Assembly (NCBI GenBank): GCA_046540055.1
Contig: JBKHFT010000001.1
Coordinates: 12,276 to 76,275 of the forward strand
Length of the DNA stretch: 64,000 nt
Direction of reading: 5' to 3'
Source of the DNA: Alkalispirochaeta sp.
GTDB taxonomy: Bacteria > Spirochaetota > Spirochaetia > DSM-27196 > Alkalispirochaetaceae
In this document: positions 56,835 to 64,000 of the stretch, one piece after another
How positions within the stretch are numbered: the first letter of the stretch is position 1
Layout of the letters: each line of letters starts with the position of its first letter
Notes under the pieces: model-generated
The model's database searches: none
Told to the model about the DNA's origin: nothing
What the model saw: only the letters and a program-made list of their open reading frames with translations
Program-made: the position numbers and the translations under genes

Positions 56835-56972
56835 AAGGCGCAGGGCGTACCGGAGTACTGGATCGTCGATATCGAGGAACGAACCGTCACCCGGTATCAC
56901 CGCGACGACGATCGATACGGTGACGGCGACGTTTTTCGGGAGGAGAGAAACGGAGGAATCCCGGTTCACTGA
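56835..56972 (+). pseudogene. Uma2-family endonuclease C-terminal remnant
   Basis: AQGVPEYWIVDIEERTVTRY with no upstream part of the gene. Confidence 0.55.
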
Positions 56973-57796
56973 GAGAGATACGTCTCCATCCTGCGGCGCA
57001 TCTCGGTGGCGACCTCCATGTGGTCCCGTTCCCAGAGCCGCCGGTTCAGAAACTCACCGGAGATGTATCCGTCGAACCCGGTCGCCTTGATCGCGTCGGT
57101 CCATTCGGCGACCGGAAGGTCTCCGTCGCCGGGAAGAACCCCCCGGAGCTCCCGCTCGTCCACCCACGGTTCCCCCGGGGCGGGCCGGTAGCCGTCACAG
57201 ATATGCACACCGTAGATGAGATCGGTACTGAGTCCGGCGATCTCCTTCGGTTCCGCGCCGCGACTCGCCCAGAAGTGCCAGTAGTCGATCACGAGGCCGA
57301 CGTTGTCACGACCGACCGCGTCGATCAGGCGCAGACAGTCGGCAAGGGTGTGGATCGGTGTCCACGCGGCGCCCTCTATCTGGAAGCGAATCCCCTTCGC
57401 AGCACCGATATCGGCGATCTCCGTGAGGTTGATCGCGGTGAGGCGAATGTTCTCCTCGACGGAGAGGCCGTCGTGGGCGGAGAAGGGGTTCACCTGGATC
57501 GTCGGTGCGCCGATCCCTACGGCAACGTCGACGAGACGCCGGGTGCGGTCGAACAGCTCGTTCCGGCCGGCACGATCGGTCACCTCGATCCCGCCGATGA
57601 TATCGATCGCCGCCGCCTCGATCCCGAACGCGTCGAGGGCGTCTTTGAGTCCGGCGGCGGTGCCCCCCGCTTCGAGGTAGCGCCACAATTTGTCGGTGTG
57701 CACCTCGAGGGCCCGATACCCGGCGTCCCGGGCGATTCGGACGTCGGAGAGAATGTTTCCGTAGAGGGTCACCTGTCCGTGCAGTGTCAGTTTCAT
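56966..57796 (-). CDS. Sugar-phosphate isomerase/epimerase TIM-barrel (IolI/IolH-like)
   Basis: ALEV, FQIEG, IDYWH, VHICD, LPGDG, SGEF. Confidence 0.8.
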   Translation of the reverse strand: MKLTLHGQVTLYGNILSDVRIARDAGYRALEVHTDKLWRYLEAGGTAAGLKDALDAFGIEAAAIDIIGGIEVTDRAGRNELFDRTRRLVDVAVGIGAPTIQVNPFSAHDGLSVEENIRLTAINLTEIADIGAAKGIRFQIEGAAWTPIHTLADCLRLIDAVGRDNVGLVIDYWHFWASRGAEPKEIAGLSTDLIYGVHICDGYRPAPGEPWVDERELRGVLPGDGDLPVAEWTDAIKATGFDGYISGEFLNRRLWERDHMEVATEMRRRMETYLSQ

Positions 57797-57861
57797 CTGT
57801 GCTCCCTGGGGTCGCGCCCCGCGTTTAATGACCAGGCGCCCCGTTCCATCGCGCCTCGGGT

Positions 57862-58674
57862 TTACTCGGGATACGCCCCCGCAACGACCTGGTCGAAATC
57901 CACCAGCGAGCCGGTCATCACCCCCGACTCGGGGCTCAGCATGTACGAGATGAGACCCGCAAGCTGGTCCGGCTGTACCAGTTGCCCCATCGGAAGGTTC
58001 TCCGCGGCTTTCCGCGCCCAGTCGTCACCGGCACCGTGATACTTCTTCTGGATCTCCGCCTCCCCGGCGGTCTCCATCCACCCGGTCAGAACACCGTTGC
58101 AGCGAATCCGGTCACCGACGTACGCGTTCGCGACGTTTTTGGTGAGGGTTGCCAGCCCCCCTTTTGAGGTGGAGTACGGTGTCAGGTACGACTGCCCGCA
58201 ATGGACGACCATACTGAGGACGTTCACGATCGTTCCGGGCAGGCCGCGATCCTTGAGATGGCGAACGAAGGTCTGCATCGTGAGAAACGGTGCCCGAAGG
58301 TTGACCGCCATATGAAGGTCCCACGTCTCGACGGTGGTGTCCAGGAGCGTCCCCCGGGAGGGAAGACCCGCGTTGTTCACCAGGGCGTTCACCGTGCCGA
58401 AGCGGTCGATCGCCTTCTCGACGAAACCCGTCGCCTGGGCGGGGTCGGCGAGGTCCGCCTGGACGTAGAGTATCTCGGGATTCACCGTACCTTCCCGCTC
58501 CGGAAGAGATGCGGCATACGCCCGCAGATCCTGCTCGGCGACGCGCCCCTGTTCGGCGTCGCGCCCGCAGAATGCAACCGCTTGCGCGCCTTCCCGAATC
58601 AATCGTTCCGCGATGGAGAAACCGAGGCCGTGGGTTCCGCCGGTGATGACCGCTTTCGTCTCTGTGTGCTGCAT
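57862..58674 (-). CDS. SDR oxidoreductase
   Basis: TGGTHGLG, NNAG, YSTSKGGL. Confidence 0.88.
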   Translation of the reverse strand: MQHTETKAVITGGTHGLGFSIAERLIREGAQAVAFCGRDAEQGRVAEQDLRAYAASLPEREGTVNPEILYVQADLADPAQATGFVEKAIDRFGTVNALVNNAGLPSRGTLLDTTVETWDLHMAVNLRAPFLTMQTFVRHLKDRGLPGTIVNVLSMVVHCGQSYLTPYSTSKGGLATLTKNVANAYVGDRIRCNGVLTGWMETAGEAEIQKKYHGAGDDWARKAAENLPMGQLVQPDQLAGLISYMLSPESGVMTGSLVDFDQVVAGAYPE

Positions 58675-58705
58675 CGTTTCCGCTCCGTTCCGCTTCGGAT
58701 GATCG

Positions 58706-59461
58706 CTATTCGTCGTTCTGTTTTTTCGGCAGGCCGAGAAGGCTTCGGGTCCGCCGGAAATGCTGCCAGTGTCGGGTGACCGCCTCCTCAACCGACTTCG
58801 TTTCCAGGACATGAATGATGTCCGCGTGGTCGTCGGCGACGACGCCGAGGCTGTCCATATTCTCGTAGGTCTGTATGATCACGTTCTTCATGAACGCCTG
58901 CAGCGTATGGTACACGTCGTGAAAGAGAAGGTTATCTCCCCCCTCGATGATCCGCTGGTGAAAGAGATAGTCCGCCTCGGCCATCGCCTCGCGGTCGTCG
59001 TTTTCAGCGGCACGGTACATCGCGGCGACGACCTCCTTGAGCTGTCTCACTGTTTCGACGCCGGCGGAGTCGTGCCGCTGCAGCCGACCTGCAACGCGAC
59101 GAAAGGAGATCGACTCGATCGCTTCCCGCAGTTCATACACGTCTCGAATATCGTCGTTGCCAAGAAGTAACGCCCAGGTGATCGCTTCAAGAGAGATGTT
59201 TGCCCGATCCTGGACAAAAGTACCCTTCGCCGCAAAGGACTCAACGACGCCGAGGTGCTGAAATACCTTGATCGCCTCACGGATCGACGAACGGCCGACG
59301 CCGAAGAGCGCGGCAAGTTCCTGCTCCGTCGGGAGTCTGTCACCCGGTCGATACCGCCCCGATGCGATTAATTCCTTGATGCGGGCCATCACCTGGGTGA
59401 CGATCGTGCTTTTCGATATCGGATTCTGGGACAGCAGATCGTTGTCAGTGTGGGTTTCCAC
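58706..59461 (-). CDS. GntR/FadR-family regulator
   Basis: GDRLPTEQELAALFGVGRSSIREA, KGTFV, ELREAIE, DYLFH; SD GGAGGA before GTG. Confidence 0.88.
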   Translation of the reverse strand: METHTDNDLLSQNPISKSTIVTQVMARIKELIASGRYRPGDRLPTEQELAALFGVGRSSIREAIKVFQHLGVVESFAAKGTFVQDRANISLEAITWALLLGNDDIRDVYELREAIESISFRRVAGRLQRHDSAGVETVRQLKEVVAAMYRAAENDDREAMAEADYLFHQRIIEGGDNLLFHDVYHTLQAFMKNVIIQTYENMDSLGVVADDHADIIHVLETKSVEEAVTRHWQHFRRTRSLLGLPKKQNDE

Positions 59462-59671
59462 GATTCCTCCGCGCACCATTATGCCAATTTCTTCACGACT
59501 CGCATACTGCCTTGAACATCTGTTGAACCGACATTCAAACATTAACAACCGACGGTCGCCGCGGCCCGAGAGCCATGCCCTGCGGGACACAGCCCGGGCA
59601 GTCCAGGAACGGAGCCAGACCCGCCCGAACCGCACGGGCTCGGACTACGGCCGTTCTGTCGTCCAGACAGA

Positions 59672-60685
59672 TTACTTCTTTCCGCGGTTCCGCATCGTAT
59701 CGATGATAACGGCAACGACGATAATCACACCCTTCATGATCTGCTGCCAATACGAGGAAACGCCCATCAACTGCAGACCGTTGTTCATAACCGCGATGAT
59801 CAGCGTACCGATGACGGTCCCGCCGATCGTTCCGATACCACCCTGGAGGCTGGTCCCTCCGATAACGGCGGAGGCGATCGCGTCGAGCTCGTACATGATA
59901 CCGGTACTCGGCTGACCCGAACTGACCCGTGCGGTAAGAACCACCGCCGCGATACTGGTCAGGAAGCCGGCGAAGGTGTAGACGAGTATCTTCTGGCGAT
60001 CGACATTAACACCACAGATGTACGCCGCCTGCTCGTTCCCGCCAAGCGCATAGGTGTACTTTCCGAAACGGGTGCTCGAGAGCAGAAAATGCGAGATAAG
60101 CGCCATCGCGATGAAGATAACGACTGGAATCGGGATAAAAAAGTTCTCCGCCAGATTCAGGATCGTACCCTGCCCGATCCACTGATACGAATCAGACAGG
60201 TTGTCCACCGGGCGTCCGTTGGTTACGAGAAATCCCACACCTCGGGCACTTGTCATCATACCAAGGGTTGCGATGAACGGCGGGATCTTGAATTTAGCGT
60301 GAAGCGTCCCGTTGATTCCTCCGGCGAGGATACCCAACGCGAGAGCCACGACGACGGGGATTATAACGGGAAGGTCATACGCTTGCCGGGCAGCCATCGC
60401 CGAGATAACACCGATCATTGCAACCAGAGATCCCGATGACAGGTCGATACCACCGGTAATGATGACAAAGGTGACCCCTAACGCGATGATACCGATCACG
60501 GAGGATTGTCGGAGAACGTTTACGATGTTCCGGAACCTCAGAAAGACCGACACACCGTTGTTCAAGGTAAGGATCGCCAGAAGGATGCAGATACCGATGA
60601 ACACCAGCAGTATCCCGTATTTGTTCACGAAGTCCTTTAAATCGAAGCCGCCCGTTCTCCTGGCAGCCGTACTGTCTGAACTCAT
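59672..60685 (-). CDS. Sugar (probably inositol) ABC permease, RbsC-like
   Basis: [35 protein letters not shown]. Confidence 0.92.
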   Translation of the reverse strand: MSSDSTAARRTGGFDLKDFVNKYGILLVFIGICILLAILTLNNGVSVFLRFRNIVNVLRQSSVIGIIALGVTFVIITGGIDLSSGSLVAMIGVISAMAARQAYDLPVIIPVVVALALGILAGGINGTLHAKFKIPPFIATLGMMTSARGVGFLVTNGRPVDNLSDSYQWIGQGTILNLAENFFIPIPVVIFIAMALISHFLLSSTRFGKYTYALGGNEQAAYICGVNVDRQKILVYTFAGFLTSIAAVVLTARVSSGQPSTGIMYELDAIASAVIGGTSLQGGIGTIGGTVIGTLIIAVMNNGLQLMGVSSYWQQIMKGVIIVVAVIIDTMRNRGKK

Positions 60686-60701
60686 TTCTTTCTCCGCTCC
60701 T

Positions 60702-62207
60702 TTAGATCGTCAATGCCTCACCAGAGGCGAGTTGCAGAACGCGCTCCTGCGTTGCCTGTTCACGGGTCAACTCGCCCGCCTTTTCTCCTTCGTGCATCAC
60801 CATGATCCGATCGCTCATCCCGAGAACTTCAGGCATCTCCGATGAGACCATAATGATCGCTTTCCCTGTCTGGGCGAGTTTTGTCATCAATTTATGGATT
60901 TCCGACTTCGCCCCGACATCGATGCCTCGGGTCGGTTCATCGAGGATAAGGATATCCGGTTCGGTGAGCAGCCACCGCGCGATCAGAACCTTTTGCTGAT
61001 TTCCGCCACTGAGATTGAGAACAATCTGTTGCAGACTCGGTGTCTTTATGTTGAGTGCTTTTCGTTGTTGTTCACATTCCTGGGACATCAACCGAAAGTT
61101 CAGACCACTCTTCTTCACGTACTTGTCAATATTGGAATACACCATATTGTCCTGTACGGAGAGTGGCAGGAACAGCCCCGACTGCTTGCGGTCCTCCGTC
61201 AGCAACCCCATCCCGGCCTTGATCGCATCGAGAGGCTGCCTGATCGCCACCGGTTTACCGTCCACAAGGATCTCACCCGACTCTGGGGGATAGACACCGA
61301 AAATGCTTTCGATAATCTCCGTTCGACCCGACCCCATAAGCCCGGCGATCCCGAAGATCTCACCCTTTCGCACCTCAAACGAGACGTTCCTGAACTTGCC
61401 CTCCAACGAGATGTTCCGAACCTCGAGCGTTACATCGGTGATCTCCGCATCTTCTTTCGGGAAGAAGTTGGTTAATTCACGGCCAACCATCATCGAAATC
61501 AGTTCGTGTTTCGTGATCTCCGTCGCGGCTTTCGTTCCTACGTAACGCCCGTCCCGGAGAACGGTAACCTCGTCGGAAATCTGGAACACCTCATCCATTT
61601 TATGAGTGATGTAGATGATCGAGACCCCTTTTTCCCGAAGGTTAGTGATCATTCGAAAAAGGTGGGCGACCTCCTTCTCGGTGATTGCAGAGGTCGGCTC
61701 ATCCATGATGATCAGTTTCGAGTTGTACGAAATCGCATTGGCGATTTCCACCATCTGCATACTGGCGATGCTGAGGTCCTTCATCTTTTTCGACGGATCG
61801 ATGTTGATATCGAGATCGTCAAAGAGCTCCCGGGTTTGCTGAATCAGCTTTTTCGCATCGACCCATCCGGTTTTGCCGCGGGTGGGTTCCCGTCCGAGCC
61901 AGATATTCTCGGCGACCGTCATATAGGGAATCGGTGTGAGTTCCTGGTGGATCATCGAAATACCGTGGGCGAGGCTGCTCTGGATATCCATCTGGAGGTG
62001 TTCGACCCCGTCGAACCGGATCGCACCGTCATCGGGGTTGTAGATCCCGAGAAGGACCTTCATCAACGTCGACTTCCCCGCACCGTTCTCACCCATCAAC
62101 GCGTGCACGGTAGCCGGCCGAACCTTGAGGGATACATCATCAAGAGCAAGGACGCCGGGAAAGCTCTTCGTGATGTGCTCCATCTCAAGGAGGTAATCTT
62201 CCGCCAT
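60702..62207 (-). CDS. Sugar ABC ATPase (MglA/RbsA-like)
   Basis: [35 protein letters not shown]. Confidence 0.93.
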   Translation of the reverse strand: MAEDYLLEMEHITKSFPGVLALDDVSLKVRPATVHALMGENGAGKSTLMKVLLGIYNPDDGAIRFDGVEHLQMDIQSSLAHGISMIHQELTPIPYMTVAENIWLGREPTRGKTGWVDAKKLIQQTRELFDDLDINIDPSKKMKDLSIASMQMVEIANAISYNSKLIIMDEPTSAITEKEVAHLFRMITNLREKGVSIIYITHKMDEVFQISDEVTVLRDGRYVGTKAATEITKHELISMMVGRELTNFFPKEDAEITDVTLEVRNISLEGKFRNVSFEVRKGEIFGIAGLMGSGRTEIIESIFGVYPPESGEILVDGKPVAIRQPLDAIKAGMGLLTEDRKQSGLFLPLSVQDNMVYSNIDKYVKKSGLNFRLMSQECEQQRKALNIKTPSLQQIVLNLSGGNQQKVLIARWLLTEPDILILDEPTRGIDVGAKSEIHKLMTKLAQTGKAIIMVSSEMPEVLGMSDRIMVMHEGEKAGELTREQATQERVLQLASGEALTI

Positions 62208-62289
62208 GTAAACTCTCCTTCGATTGATACGAAATCGGCGCCGAAGCCGGCGCCGATTGACTCATCCAGTACGTCGTATCAGTGGCGAA

Positions 62290-63249
62290 TTACTCCACTC
62301 CCCACAGGGCGAGATACTTGTCAACATCCTCCGAAAGAACGGGCTCAAAGGGTACATCCACCATTTCGGGAAGATCCTCTCCCTGAGCCGCTTTAATCGC
62401 GGATTCGATTCCGGCATATCCCTGACCGTAGGCGTTCTGGAACACGGAAACGTCGAGCTTGCCTTCTTTCATGAGAAGAAGCGCGTCGGGTGTCGCATCA
62501 ACACCGGCTACCACCACTTCGTCGAGCATTCCGACCTGTTCCAATGCGAGAATCGCACCGATCGCCATCTCGTCGTTGTTCGAGACGACCGCGTCGATCT
62601 CCATTCCGGTCTGGATCCAGTTCTCCATCAGGTTGAGGCCGAGGGAGCGCTGCCATTGTGCCGTGTCCTCGGCAACAAGCTCCATATCGGGGTTCTCGGC
62701 GAGGACGTCTTTGTTACCCTGGGTGCGACCGATCATACCGGAGTGCCCGATCTCACCGTTCATGATCACGACGTTCCCTTCTCCGCCGAGAAGTTCCGCA
62801 ACCGCTTCCATCTGCACGGTACCGGCGTACACTTCATCGGAACCGACGTAGGTCGCGAGGCGCTCGATATTACCGGGACCCGGTTTTCGGTTGACCGACA
62901 CGATCGGGATTCCCGCAGCCTCGGTTTCATCAATGATCGGGCCGATCGTTCCTGCATCGACGGGGACGATGACGATCGCGTCCACGCCCTGGGTGATGAA
63001 GGTATCGACCTGACCCTGCTGGACCGCCGGGTCGTTCTGGCCATCAACCATCGTGATTCGCACGTCGAGCTCTTCCGCAGCTTCTTCAAACCCTTCGTGC
63101 ATGTAGGACATCCACTTGTCGTCGAAGTTGGCCGTAGCAACACCGATATGAAGCTGATCTTCACCTTCACCTTGTCCTCCGGCCCAGAGCGCCGAGGTGG
63201 CCATCAGGGCCATCAACACGACTAGAACAGAAACCACAATGCGTTTCAT
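62290..63249 (-). CDS. Sugar ABC substrate-binding protein (inositol-type)
   Basis: Signal ..WAGGQGE; FDDKW, YVGSDE, NNDEMAIGA, GVDAT, FQNAYGQG. Confidence 0.9.
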   Translation of the reverse strand: MKRIVVSVLVVLMALMATSALWAGGQGEGEDQLHIGVATANFDDKWMSYMHEGFEEAAEELDVRITMVDGQNDPAVQQGQVDTFITQGVDAIVIVPVDAGTIGPIIDETEAAGIPIVSVNRKPGPGNIERLATYVGSDEVYAGTVQMEAVAELLGGEGNVVIMNGEIGHSGMIGRTQGNKDVLAENPDMELVAEDTAQWQRSLGLNLMENWIQTGMEIDAVVSNNDEMAIGAILALEQVGMLDEVVVAGVDATPDALLLMKEGKLDVSVFQNAYGQGYAGIESAIKAAQGEDLPEMVDVPFEPVLSEDVDKYLALWGVE

Positions 63250-63406
63250 TGAATCCTCCTTTGGGATCGTTTGGTATTCGTGGCCTGCACGCCACATATC
63301 CATAAAAAACCCGGTCCTGCGATTTGTCAAGAACAGATTGTCTGAACAAGTGAAAATCACGCAATCGATAAAAATCAAACGTTTGTTGCCCCGGTGGTCA
63401 CGTCGT

Positions 63407-63429
63407 ATAAAATGAGATTATCATTTTAT
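63407..63429. promoter_or_regulatory. AT-rich palindrome ATAAAATGA-GATTA-TCATTTTAT
   Basis: Perfect 9-bp arms upstream of the ABC operon. Confidence 0.4.
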
Positions 63430-64000
63430 TGGCAATTATTTTTAATATAATTAATGCTGCTTCGAATCGCGCCCCCGGTCTGTTCGGCCGTCAGTTGATG
63501 CACCTCGGGACTGAAGGGTTCGAATGAAGCAGCCCCGGAGAACCCGGCGGCGGTCAGACGCCGTACCGTCTCGACGTTCCCGATCCGATCATCATCATCG
63601 ACATAGACGCGATCGGGGTCACGGAACTCGCTCACCGGTCCCGCTTTGGTGACCCCCGAGAGGTGGATCAGTCCCACCGACTCCGCCGGAAGCGCCGCGG
63701 TACCGAGGATCGCGGGGTCCATTCCCGCGACGGCGAAGTGAAAGGTATCGAGGGCAATCCGGTAGCTGTCGCTGCCGATCTCACCGATGATCCTCGCGGC
63801 CAACGCGGTATCCCGGAGGGAGCTTTCGGGAAACCCGAGGGGTTCGACGAGGCCGATCACCCCGGCATCCTCGAAGACCGGACGGTACTCCCGCAACGTT
63901 TTCTCCGTATCCTTCGCCATCTCGCTTCGGGAACGCGTATCCGAGACATCGCAGTGAGGACACATCACGATCGCCGGTTGTCCGAGGTCCCGGGCGAATC
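63426..64000 (-). CDS. IolI-like (inosose isomerase) TIM-barrel protein, 5' end outside the window
   Basis: GLVEPLGF..SSLR, LDTFH, IHLSGV, DPDRV, SFEPFS. Confidence 0.75.
   Translation of the reverse strand, partial: FARDLGQPAIVMCPHCDVSDTRSRSEMAKDTEKTLREYRPVFEDAGVIGLVEPLGFPESSLRDTALAARIIGEIGSDSYRIALDTFHFAVAGMDPAILGTAALPAESVGLIHLSGVTKAGPVSEFRDPDRVYVDDDDRIGNVETVRRLTAAGFSGAASFEPFSPEVHQLTAEQTGGAIRSSINYIKNNCQ

Overview
GC-rich bacterial chromosome segment, probably from a free-living spirochaete. That assignment is an inference from solute-binding proteins with the 'FAGGQQE'/'WAGGQGE' N-terminal motif. No rRNA, canonical tRNA, CRISPR array or intact mobile element is visible. 0-9.4 kb: partial TPR protein, msrC-like GAF, dapL, a self-contained ~400-nt structured transcription unit with a 32-aa sORF, a c-heme adenylate cyclase/cytochrome P460-like/FkbM operon, and a translationally coupled operon of a degenerate tyrosine recombinase, CHAD, ParA and CYTH. 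9.7-21.8 kb: a TetR-controlled acyl-CoA cluster (LIV-type ABC transporter, hydrolase, two atypical FabH-like enzymes, FabG, CoA-transferase, thiolase). 22-64 kb: a large inositol/cyclitol catabolic region. It holds a classical iolE-D-C-B-J-G operon without iolA, a second iolB-iolD pair, two split transketolases, an archaeal-type GAPDH, a PGK homologue lacking a 3-phosphate-binding Arg, two tartrate/D-malate dehydrogenases, an acylating aldehyde dehydrogenase/CoA-transferase/HMG-CoA-lyase module, transporters and four regulators. The best candidate for a new system is an inferred kinase-free, ATP-yielding 'inositol-transketolase' route (5-dehydro-2-deoxy-D-gluconate -> D-malic semialdehyde -> D-malate -> pyruvate). 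It is supported by gene order, substrate stereochemistry, the PGK substitution and operators shared with iol genes. All pathway assignments are untested hypotheses.
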